DNA from: Nageia nagi
Lineage: Eukaryota > Plantae > Pinophyta
Reading direction: 5' to 3'
Length of the DNA stretch: 64,000 nucleotides
NCBI GenBank assembly: GCA_050084985.1
Contig: JBITNC010000001.1
Location: 49,042,001-49,106,000 of the forward strand
Within the stretch, counting starts at the first letter, position 1. The number at the start of each line of letters is the position of its first letter. This document shows positions 24,470 to 36,102 of the stretch, in pieces. The notes under the pieces are model-generated. The model saw only the letters and a list, made by a program, of their open reading frames with translations, searched no databases and was not told the DNA's origin. The position numbers and the translations under genes were made by a program.

Positions 24470-25205
24470 TGATCCAAATTGGATCATGTTAGGTTGTCTT
24501 TTCAAAAGTAGTACTCAGTCTAGAGGTACCTATGATTGGAGATAGATCGAAAATCAAAATTTGGAGTTGATCAGCATTCAATTTTAGGCTACTAGTGGTA
24601 TGTAAAAATCTAAATCTAGGCTACCACTAGCATACAATTTGATGAGTCAATAGTGGGAGTCGAAGGGATGTTGATGTGTTGGGTAGAGGAACTCTTTTAG
24701 CTTCCATAACTAATGTCAAGAAGGCATTTATAAGGTGATTCAAGGCTTATTAAAGAGCATGCCACCCTCCCTTATTTCTTCAATGAGATTTTTGAGAGTT
24801 TGTAGATTTTGGGATTGTAGGATTTGAAGGAAGGCCAAGAGTCATTCGAGAGTTCCATGGTTCTAAGATTATATTTTTCTTCTTACTATAGGAGATTGCA
24901 TTAATTATAGAAGATTATATTTCTATTATGTTGATGGTATTTCTCTATGCATGTAATATTATAATGTCCATAGATAATTAGAAGAAAAGGCTCCAATTCC
25001 ATGGTAGATTATCTCACATTGGGTAAAGTAGGGTAAATCATTATGTTGATCTTGTTGTGTGTTTGAGATTGATAGTTTGTGATTAAAATTGAGTAAATTT
25101 CAAATTTATATAAAATTTGTATGATTTCATAATGGTTAACTATTTTCTTACAAATCTATAAGTGGGGATGGAAGTATGCTATAAGAATCTGATGATTACG
25201 GATCA
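24470..25205 (+). repeat. 5' LTR of CRM-like element (736 bp)
   Basis: tgatccaaattgg...ttacggatca; matches 29915-30462. Confidence 0.9.
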
Positions 25206-25342
25206 TGTGGTATCATAGCTTATGCTATCAAAACTTGGGGCTAGAATTTTGGGAATTCCATGTAGCCATTGACATGAAATTTGATGTTTAGGAGGAGATA
25301 TAAAAGATCAAAATTGATTCCATAGGATCTTAATATTAGTTG

Positions 25343-28300
25343 ATGGGTAAGAGCAAAAGAAATGGATAATGTGAAGAAATAGTCACCTATATGTACCATG
25401 ATAAGGAGGTTTTTGGAAATGGAGAGTCATTTGGATAGGTTAGCTGAGTTTTTGGTTACTAGAGTAAATGCAAATGTCAATCAAAGATATCATGATGTAG
25501 TTGGGAGACTTGATTCATCATCTTTATCAAATAGAGTTCCTTTTAAGGTAAAGGACAAAGTGGACATTACTACTTTTGGAGGAGACATTGATGAGGAAAA
25601 TATGAATAATTGGTTGAAACAACTAGAGGTTTATTTCCATATTCATGGTGTTGTAAATGATGTTGATAAAATCTTTTTTGCTAGATTAAATATGAGTGGA
25701 CATGATTTAGTTTTATGGGAAAGCCATGTAGAAACTCTTAATCATGAACACTTATTTGAAATATCTTCTTCGAATGAATTTAAGAAGTTCTTAAGAGATC
25801 AATTCTATCCACTAGGATATCATAATAAAAAATTGATGAAATGGTAATTCTTTAGAGAACAAAGAGGATAAAATGTTCAAGAATACACTACAAAATTTAG
25901 GAAATAAGATACTTTGCTTGGGGTTTCACTAAAAGATCCTCAAAATTTAATGAAGTACATTGGAGGTTTACATAGTCATTTGCAAAAGACTATCATGTTG
26001 TTTAATCCTAATTATCTTGATCAAGTGTGTGTGCAAGCACAATACTTAGAGGACGATGGTAAAGGAAGGAGACAATATGATGAATCCAAAAAGGATTCTA
26101 ATTCAAGGGGAGGAAAAGAGAAAGGTAAATCTCAAGATAAAGGAAAAGGTAAGCAAGAAAATTAAACCACTAATATTTCAAAGAAAGAAGATGATAGTAC
26201 ACATTGTATTCATTATGATGAATATGGTCATATTGATGATAAATGTTGAAAATTACATCCAAAATTATGTCCATATAAGCATAAGAATAAAAAGAAAACT
26301 AATGCTATGGTTTTTTGATATGATGATATTGAGGGAAGTTTAGATGTTGATGAGAGAATAAATTATTCATCCATTAAAAAGGTTGAAGAAAATCAAGAAA
26401 TTGAAGAACAAAGGATTAAATTATTCCACCTCAAAATCCAAATTAAGAAAACCAAAGTAGATTTCATTATTGACCTGGGTTCTTAAGCAAATTTGATTTC
26501 AGAAAATATGGTAAGTAATTTGGGATTGGAAACTTTCAACCATCCAAATCCATATCCTTTGGGTTGGGTGCATCATAGTGCTAGTTTGCAATTCACTAAA
26601 TAATGTAAGTTGAAATTTTCTATTTGTACAAAGTACATTGATGAAGTTGTGGTTGATGTTCCTTTATATATTTATGGTGTTATTCTTGGTAACCCTTACA
26701 TGTGAGATAGAGATGTCATTTATTATAGAAGATTGAATAAATTACAACTGGTGAAAGGTGAAAAGATGTTTCTAGCTAGTGCACATGAAAGTAGGAAAAA
26801 GCTACCTTTGGTCACTATTAGTAAGGTAAAATGCCTTGTAAATGCTTCTAAAATTTTTGTTCTAATCATGGTGAAAATAAGAACCTCAAGTGAGGTGAAT
26901 GTCATGCTATTAGCGATGTGCAATACTGATTTGACACTACTAATAACATGCAAAAGAAAGGAATAGATGCAAGATTTGGTTTAAAAGTTTACTACCTTAT
27001 TTGTAGAGCCATAGGGATTACCTCCTATGCAAGATATATAGAATGATACTTAATTGTTACCTAATGCTTTATTTCCCAACATAACTTTGTATAGGCAATC
27101 AATTTTGGAGCAAGGGGAGATAAGGAGGCAAATTCAAGAGTTAGTTGATCAAAGTGTGATCAAACCAAGTATATCTCCATGTGGACCATTTATTGTTTTG
27201 TATACTAAGAAAGATCAAACTTGGACAATGTGCATTGATTATAGAGCACTAAACAAAATCACCATAAAAAATTGCTATCCTTTGCCTCAAATAAATGATC
27301 TTTTGGATTAGTTTCAAGGGGCAATATTCTTCATAAAATTGGACTTGAGGAGTGAATATCACCAAGTTAGAATCAAGGAGGAGGATATTTTAGACATTAA
27401 TTTCAAGACAAGATAAGGTCTATTTGAGTGGCTTATTTTTCCATTTGGTTTGTGTAATGCACTAGTTACTTTCATGAGAGTAATGAATGATGTATTTCAT
27501 CCATTTATTGATTCTTTTGTTGTTGTATACTTGGATGATATTCTTGTTTATAGTTCTACTTGGGAAGAACATGTTGTACATATTAGATAAGTATTTCAAA
27601 CTTTGCATAAGGAGAAGTTGTTATTGAAACATTCAAAATGTGAGTTTGAAAAAGAGTCTTTGGTGTATTTTGGCCATGTTATTGGTCATGGAAAACTTAA
27701 GATAGATCCTAGTAAAGTAAGTGCTATAGTAGATTGGCCAAGACCATATAATGTAACTAAAGTAAGGGGTTTCTTAGAATATGTCTTTGAGAAAGTTTAT
27801 TGTTGATTTTTCTCATAGTTCTTCACATTTACTTGATGTAATCAAAAAGAGGCAAGTTTTCCAATGGAGGAAACAACAACAAAAATCTTTTGATACTTTG
27901 AAGAAAAAGATTATTAGTGCACTTGTGCTAGCACTTCCAAATTTATAGAAACCACTTGAAGTGGAGATAGATGCAAGTGACTATGCCATGGGATCCATTT
28001 TGATGCAAGAAGGTAAACCAATTTGCTATCATTATGAAAAGTTTAGTGGGGTTATTTTGAATTATCCTACTTATGATAAGGAAATGTATGCATTGGTCTA
28101 AGCTATTAAAAAGTGGAAACATTACTTAATGGGGAAGAAATAATAATTCATACTGATCATAAACCCTTAAAATATTTACAAACTCAATCAAAATTGCAAC
28201 AAACTAGACACTATATGTGGATGCTTTTTTTGCAACAATTTCATATAGTGATCAAGTATAAGAAATGAACATAGAATAAAGTTGCTAACATGCTTTCTAG

Positions 28301-29885
28301 GCCACCTGTAACTACATATTCCATGCAATCAATGAGATGTAATGCTATTTTTGGGCTTCTAATGACATGCAAATAGGGTACAGTAAGTTCCCTCTTAGTG
28401 CTAAATTTTTTTCCTTTTTTGTCTAAGTCATTTTCAGAAGCATATGTGTAGGATCTAGAGTTCAAAGAAATATATGAGTAGTTGTTTTCATCTAGATCCA
28501 AGTATGAGGGTTTGGATGAATTTCATTTGCAAATTGGACTTCTTTATCATTTTAATGCATTATGTATCTCTATAGGTGAAAGGATTGGACTGATTAGAGA
28601 AGCACATACTTCAAATATTGTAGGATATTTTAGGGTTGAAAAGATATTGTACAATTTTCAAAGGTATGTATATTGGCAAAAGATGCAAGATCAAGTTGCC
28701 AAGTACATAAGGAGGTATTCTTTGTGTTGCACTAGAAAGCCAAGTAATATGAAATTGAGTTTGTATCAACCACTTCCAGTGCCTTCACATCCATGGGAGT
28801 GTATCTCAATGGATTTTGTGGGAGGATTGCCTATGACTAAGAAGGGTCATGACTATTTATTTTTCATTTTGGATGGATTTAGAAATATGTGTGTTTTGAT
28901 TCCATGTAAAAAGACTATAACATGACAAGATGCTATAAATTTATTCTTTTCTCATGTTTGGGTTCATTTTGGATTGTCTAATTCCATTATTTCAAATATA
29001 TATAGTAGATTTTTGGGCAAGTTTTGGACATATTTATGGGGAAAGATGGACACAAGGTTGAAAAGGAGTATTGCCTTTTATCCTCAAATGGATGGAAAAA
29101 TTGAAGTGGTGTATAGGACAATAGTTCATCTCTTGAGAGGTTATTGTGGCAAACATCCTAAGTCTTGGGATGAACATATTGAATATATCCAACATGCATA
29201 CACCAGGGTAGTTCATTCTTTCATTAATAAGAGTCCTTTTGAGACTTGTTTTGGTTATTTACCACCTTCAGCTTTTGATTATGTATTTGGAAAGCAAAGG
29301 ATGTACAAAATTCACTTGAGAAAGAGGAAAAACAAGCTAAAAAATTTGTTGAAAAGATTAGGCAAATTCATTTTAAATTCCAAGAGAAACTTGAGACAAG
29401 CCAAGCCAAGTACAAGATGAGACATGAAAAACATAGAGTTGATTGTAAGTTTCATGTGGGAGACCTTTTTTGGTAGCATCTTAGTAAGGAGAGGTTGCAA
29501 GAACCAACCAAGAAGTTGAAACCTATAAATTATGGACCATTTGAGATTATGGAGCAAGTAAGTGAGAATGCTTTTAGATTGAATCTACCATAATATATGA
29601 ACATCTATTTAGTTGTGAATGTTGAGCATTTGAAATTGTATAAACCATTTATATTGATTGAATATGAAGCAAGTTTAGATTAAATTTTACCATCTATTGA
29701 TGAATTAGATCCTAAAACTATGGATGAACTCAAGGAGGACACCATATTGTAAAAGATGGTTCCTATTACAAGAAGAGGTGAAATAGAACCATGGTTGGTT
29801 ATATTGAAAGGATGAAAGCCTACTAAAGCTAAGTGGATGAACATGTATATATTTGGGGAGTTGTATCCTCATATATGCATTTGTG
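25343..29885 (+). pseudogene. gag-pol: gag-pol of CRM-like element (gag, CCHC, PR, RT, RH, INT, chromo-like tail)
   Basis: VPFKVKDKVDITTFGGD..NWLKQLEVYF; Zn knuckle ~26200; protease IIDLGS ~26465; [19 protein letters not shown]; YLDD ~27528; PWECISMDFVGGLP. Confidence 0.93.
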
Positions 29886-29914
29886 GGACCAAATGCTTCC
29901 TTATTGGGGAGGTG

Positions 29915-30462
29915 TTATCTAAATTGGATCATGTTAGGTTATATTTTTAGGAGTAGTACATAGTCTAGAGGTACCTATGCTTGGAGATAGATCAAAGATT
30001 GAAATCTAGAGTTGATCGATATTCAATTTTAGGCCATTAGTCATGTGCATAAATATGAGATTAGGCTACCACTAGTGTACAATTTTAAGGTACATGATGT
30101 GTTGGGCAGAGAAACTCTTTCAACTTCCATAACTAATGTCAAGAAGGCATTTCTAAGGCTTATTAAAGAGATTGTATTTCCATTGTGTTGATGCTATTTC
30201 TTTATGCATGTAATATTGTAATTTCCATAGAAAATGAGAAGAGAAGGATCAAATTACATGTTGGATTAGCCCACATTAGATGAACTAGGGTAAATCATTA
30301 TGCTGATCTTATTATGTGTTTAAGATTGTTAGTTTGTGATTCACATTGAGCAAGTTTCAAATTTATAAGCAATTTGTATGATCTTATAATGGTTAACTAT
30401 TTTTGTTTGAATCTATAAGTGAGGATTCGAGTATGCTATAAGCATCCAATGATTACAAATCA
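29915..30462 (+). repeat. 3' LTR of CRM-like element (548 bp, internal deletions)
   Basis: Matches the 5' LTR but lacks about 150 bp (~24760-24910) plus smaller blocks. Confidence 0.9.
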
Positions 30463-30844
30463 TGTTGCATGATATCAAGCTTAGCATGCTGAATTGAGCT
30501 TCAAGTTATTGTCAAGGAGTGGTAGGTGCTTGGAATTTATCATGGGTTTGGTTAATGATGTTTCTTTTTATGACCTTGTTGACAATGCCAATGACTTCAC
30601 TCTTTTTTTGTATGTAAGAAAAATATTTTTCATGCTATACTCTACTCGGTTTATCAATATTTAATTCATTAGATTCCTTATCTCTTAGACATGTAAAAAG
30701 ATTTATCACACATGTACTTGAAAATATAATATGTTAACTTGTAACATCCCTCTTTATTCCTTTAACTATTTGATTATGCTAACTGGAAACATCTGTCTTT
30801 CCTCTTGTAACTTTTTTGAGTCACATTTCTTTGTACTTGTTTAC

Positions 30845-31810
30845 AACAAGTTAGATAAGAAGCATTCCATGTGAAATTGGTAGGCCTAATAAATTGATTA
30901 TTAGAGTACTCTACCTTCAATATAAAATTCTATAAAGCCAAATCCCTTTAGCATTGGGTAATTTTCTTCATTGGAGATACTATTTATAGGGAACAACTTA
31001 TTGTATAACAATATATTATTTAAGTTAGGAAAATTTAAAAAATCATAATCAATTAACCCTATATGATGCCTATGTAGAATCTTACAAGATATATTATCTT
31101 TTGAACAAGGCAATTATATCAATCATCATGGAAAGAATTAATAAGTGAAAAAATAAAAGGGTTATTTTCTATGAGTATCAACCTTCCCATTTCCACCCTT
31201 TCTTTAAATTGTTGGATACACTATTGATGAATTTGAATTTCTTTGGAACCATTATGAAGGGTATTGAAAACCTTAAAAGAGAGAACATATTTGAATTTAG
31301 ATACAAATAACTTGATGAGAAGCATACCTCAAAGTATATGTAACTTTAAAAAATTTGAGAAACTCTTTCTTGAATGTAATAAATTATTTTGTACAACTCC
31401 AAAATCCATAGTAAACCTCCAAAATTTGAAATCCTTGTATTTATAATAAAATAATTTGAGACTACAATGAAATATGAAACCTCCAAATCTCAAAGAGATA
31501 TAGTTTTGCATTCATTCATTTTTCAATTGTTATCACATAGCATTCCTCAACTTAAGGATCATGATTAGCTTCTTCTCTTTAACAATAATTTATTTAGTTA
31601 TGTTCTTGAATTGTTACAATTTTCTCTTATTATAGTATATTTGGATATAATAGATAAAGTCCTTGGAGTAAGCATTATTGAATCTATTGGTAAATTCATT
31701 ATCTTGTTGCATATAGTTGAATTAAGTTCTAGGAATCTATAGTGTGGAAAGAGAGATATGAGTTCTTAAATTGTTTGTGGATTTTGTTGATATTGGATTT
31801 TTTCCATGGT
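30845..31810 (+). pseudogene. LRR receptor-like protein fragment in the Agenet intron, unit 2 (longest copy)
   Basis: SIPCEIGRPNKL, QIPLALGN, YLNLDTNNLMRSIPQSICNFKKFEKLFLECNKLFCTTPKSIVNLQNLKSLYL, LDIIDKVLGVSIIESIGK: plant LxxLxLxxNxLxGxIP consensus. Confidence 0.75.
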
Positions 31811-34002
31811 CCATATCAATTGATGTTCCTCATGGTCATCATGGAGCTCTTCTTGAGTAGCTATATGTGAAATATAATATACTTACATTGAATCCCTTGG
31901 TTATATCCACCCATATTCAATATATATAAATAAATTGACAAAAATTTCATCTAATCCTATTATTTATTAATGATAAAAATTTAATATCTTATACTAATAA
32001 CTTTATATTTTTAAATTTCATCTGTTTCCTTCAACTCTTTTTTAAATGTATCCAAACATTAAGAATTGAATTTTATAAATGCTTTATTGATGATTATCAT
32101 TTAAGGGGGTATATGGTTCTTATTTCTTCAAATAAATTTCCCAAGAACTATATGTACCTATGTTATTTTAAGGACAAATTTTGATTACTTCCTCATACTC
32201 AACTTTTGAAAAAGATATTATAATCATTGGTTGTTTTATACTTGCCCAAAGTCATCATTAAAATATTCTTATAACACCATTATTGATTTTGATTTATGAT
32301 TCATATAATATCAATGGGCTCTTTCAAGGTATAAATAAAAAATATAGAAAAAAATTCATCTTCATTGTTAGTCGAATGCACTTATTTTTAAAATATTTAG
32401 AGCAAACATGAAAGAACTTGTTGAGAGCTTAGATAATAATATAAAAATTATAAAAATTGAATGTATATTATGGAAAACATATGAATATTATCAATGATAC
32501 ATGTTGGTCAAAAACTTCATTAAACATGTTAAATATAAAATGATTATGTAATTTAATATTCCCTCTAGTTTATAGCTATCTTGGATCTATAAAATGTGTA
32601 TTGATTGTCCAAATTGATTGAAGGAAGGAATGATAGTTTAAGTATCAATATGATGAAATATGAACATAATGTTTTAGCCTAGTTTTTAAAGTGAGATATA
32701 GAATTGTAAAAAAAAAAAGAAGCGATGATGCTCTAAAAAATACCTATACATTTATTTTTTCTCATTTTACAATTAAAAAAAAGTAAAATCAACATTAACT
32801 TCCTTTTAATATATTTGTTTGTAATACCTATCATTAGTTTTTAAATATCATAATTTCATACTTTGATTCCAATATTTCCCATTAATTACAAACTATTTCC
32901 ATAGTTTTGTTAGGAGTTATTTCAATACCTATTTTACATCCAACCTTCTTGCTTGATCTTGGTTGTTCCAAAGGAACTACATTTAGAGTTTGATGATCCC
33001 AATTTTACTTTAGAAAATGGTTCAAGGTTTATGTAGTCATAAAATATTCTTCATATTTTAATTGAATGGTTGGTACCTTTTCAGATGTTAGCTATGAGAA
33101 AAACCTCACAAGACTTTTGAATTTTTTTTTTGCCACTCTAGGGACCTTAAAAATAGGCTTTCCATAACCTATTTTTTAAGAATGTCTCAAATATTAAATA
33201 TTTCATGAATTTTATTTGAAGTATCCTTCTATATATTTTAGAATAACTTTATTCTAAAACTCTAAGCATTAATATTGAAGCCTATTAATCTCATCATTAT
33301 GCTTACTAGATCATAGACTAAATTTTCATTGAAAATGACATTAAATTATTATAACTCTACAATAACAAAGGATTTTCTAAATCTTACCCCTATTCAATAG
33401 GACTTATCTAAAGCTAAAATGTCTAAATTTTTGATTTTTACTTAACTTTATGAAAATAAAAGCCTTTGGCTAGCCCTTTTTTACTTTTCTAATTGCAAAA
33501 TTCTATGATGTATTGTATGGTGCCATATGAGATTATCATCAAAATAGTACTCAAAACTATAAAAATGACTAACTTAACATTGAAATATCTCAAATCTAAA
33601 TCTAATACCTTAAATTACTATCTAACTTTGTATATAATTCTACAAAGGTTTCTATAATTTACTAAAACTTTTTCCCTTACCTTAGGTAATTTTGATTTCT
33701 CTAAAATCTAAATTTTTTTATTGAAAATATAATCTACTAGAAAGATTAGAAGATGACCTCAAATCATACTACACTCCACTAAATTGCTAAATTGAACTAG
33801 TTAATACTAAATCTAAAATAACTCAAATTACTAATCATACTAATATGAAAAACTTGCTGCCAATTATCACTTTTTTCTTTCTTAGTATTTAGAATTTCTA
33901 TTACTACAATTGATATTAATTTCTACTTGGCTAATTTTATGAATTAAATTCATAAATCTAATACTATAAACAAATAAAAAACCTTAGGCTAAAAATAAGT
34001 AG

Positions 34003-34463
34003 TTAAAATAATAAGCAGCAACTTCTTTTATTTGAGCTTTTTAGAATAAGTTCACTAGAATGTGCATTTGTTTTTGAATTGACACCAATGTGATTCTCAA
34101 AACTACCAGAAGAGACCTTGTTGGGAATTTTACTTTGTATTATCCTAGGTTTCCTTTCCTATGTAGCACATCAACTTCTAAACTCACACCAACACGATTC
34201 TCATAACTACTTGAAGAGACCATGCTAGGAATTTTAATTCTTATTATCCTATGTGGATCTTCAACTTTGGATGAGCTCACTTCATTTACAAACATATGAT
34301 GAGCTTTAACTTTTGAAATTTGAAACTCATCATTACCTCTTCTATGAATTATTTTCTTTTTAAGTTCTTTGGATTTTGGATTTTTGTACTATGCAACAAC
34401 ATATTTTCTCCTTTTTGAGACTAGAGTTGAATCATCATTATTCAATATTTCATACACCAAATC
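34003..34463 (-). pseudogene. Putative exon 2 of the Agenet gene, copy E (third unit)
   Basis: Acceptor ttttcttgtag|GAT. Reads DLVYEILNNDDSTLVSKRRKYVVA*YKNPKSKELKKKII...DPHRIIRIKIPSMVS for ~100 codons with one stop. Confidence 0.55.
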
Positions 34464-35311
34464 CTACAAGAAAAATCCCAATTTTTCATTAGAAAGGCAT
34501 ATTAAAATATATGAAGCCTCAAAAGTGGACTTCACATATTAATATTTGTTAATAAACAACATTACATTAGGTAATCAAACCAACACATCAATTATATTTA
34601 TATGAATTTAAAAATAAGATTAGCCTCAAAATTAAAAATTCATTAAATTTGAGTGGAAATGAATAATCAAATTATTTGAAATCATCATTTCATAGTCTAA
34701 TTCATTTTCCTTATTAAAAATCGAGATATATGAATACATTTTTATCAAAAAATATTTAAATGTTGATAAATCACATGTATAAAAATAATTTCTGATCATA
34801 CCAATTACATTCAATTTTTACCATTGTTGTATTATTATCTAAACTCTCTATAAGTTATTTAGTATAAAGTCTAAATATTTTAAAAATAAATGCATCTAAC
34901 TATGAGTGAGGAAGAATTTATTTTTCCATATTTTTTATTTATACCTAGCAAGACCCACAACAATATTATATGAAGCATCACTCAAAATTAATCATTATTT
35001 TATAAGAATATTTTAATGATGACTTTGGGTAAGTATAAAACAACTAGTGATTATGATATCTTATGTTGAAGTTGAGTATGAGACAATAATCAATAGTTTA
35101 TCTAGCACTTCAAAGAAAGAGTGGAAATTGGAAGGTTTATACCCATAGAAAACAACCCTTTTATTTTATTAGATATTAATTCTTTTCATAATGATTGTTA
35201 TAATTTTATTGTTTAAAAGATACATATCCTGTAAGATTCTAGGTAGACATTATATAAGGTTGAAAAACCAAGATTTTTAATTTTCCTAACTCATATAGTA
35301 TATTTTTATAC

Positions 35312-36102
35312 TATTAACACCTAAAAGTGGTCTCCTTAGGATGGTCCTACTTAAGTGCAACTTTACATACATGTTTAATCACACATTATCATATTTTAAT
35401 AGTATTTTATCATATTATCATATATTTCTTAGGTTTTGTTCTTATTTTTATCTTAGGTACACCAAAATGACTTCCACCTTCATATAAGGGGTCAAATGGT
35501 GATATCATACCTGATATAAATGTAAGTATGTATAACTTGGGGAAAGCATGTCAAGATTATATCTCGATAGTTGGTACCCTACTCTTGGGTATTTCTAAAT
35601 GCTGCCTTTTGAGATTGGAATCTTGTTATCATTTGAGAAAATATTTGTCATCCCTATTCACGATCATATACTTGGTTTGACTTGTCATCATATCTATATC
35701 ATTGACTCTTATTTGCAAACCTCATTCTTTCGAAATGCTAGCACCTGCACCAAGTTCTTTGAGCCTAGCACCCATGTTGGGATCCTTTTAGTAGTTGGTT
35801 ATGGAGTTCACACAACAAGGTCACCTCTCCTTGAAAAGCCCATCTGACACATTTTTATACTTGATAGAAGTAAGGAAACATAGGTATTTATCTCACACTT
35901 GATTCCATCTCTTTAGTGTGTGCATTCATTTTGTATCTTGACATTAACACAATTTGTAATTATGTTATTTCTTTGTTATATAGTCTTTTTACATTATTCA
36001 TGTATGTTTATTTGAGTAATTAGCTTAGATAATACATAAATATTTATGTGTATTTAGTTCATTTAGGCTAAAACCTTAGGTGTACCAAAATACATATCAA
36101 CA
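35312..36102 (+). repeat. Probable 5' LTR of the Ogre/Retand-type element
   Basis: Starts tattaac (TG>TA) exactly at the host breakpoint and ends atcaaca. Followed by taacacccact, a G>A-decayed match to the tRNA-Lys PBS TGGCGCCCACC. No second LTR to confirm. Confidence 0.6.

Larger units (their letters stand above)
24470..30462 (+). mobile_element. Full-length decayed Ty3/Gypsy chromovirus, CRM-like
   Basis: LTRs 24470-25205 and 29915-30462 with TGAT...ATCA-type ends. tRNA-iMet PBS tggtatcatagc at 25208; PPT ggggagg at 29906. TSD tcttg/tgttg; empty site visible in unit 1 at ~18255. Confidence 0.93.
21640..32470. repeat. Long inverted repeat 2 (left arm ~21640-23464, 69-nt spacer, right arm 23534-24469 plus 30463-~32470)
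   Basis: Same centre sequence as IR1. 21925-22400 is the reverse complement of ~30550-31230, and 21640-21930 of ~32180-32470. The left arm lacks ~950 bp present in the right arm. Confidence 0.88.
16198..35311. repeat. Host tandem array of ~6.2-kb units (Agenet gene plus inverted partial copy), parts of three units, interrupted by the CRM-like element
   Basis: 16200-18255 matches 22390-24469; 18255-19390 matches 30463-31625; 19395-22150 matches 32590-35311. Palindrome centres are 6213 bp apart. Confidence 0.92.
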
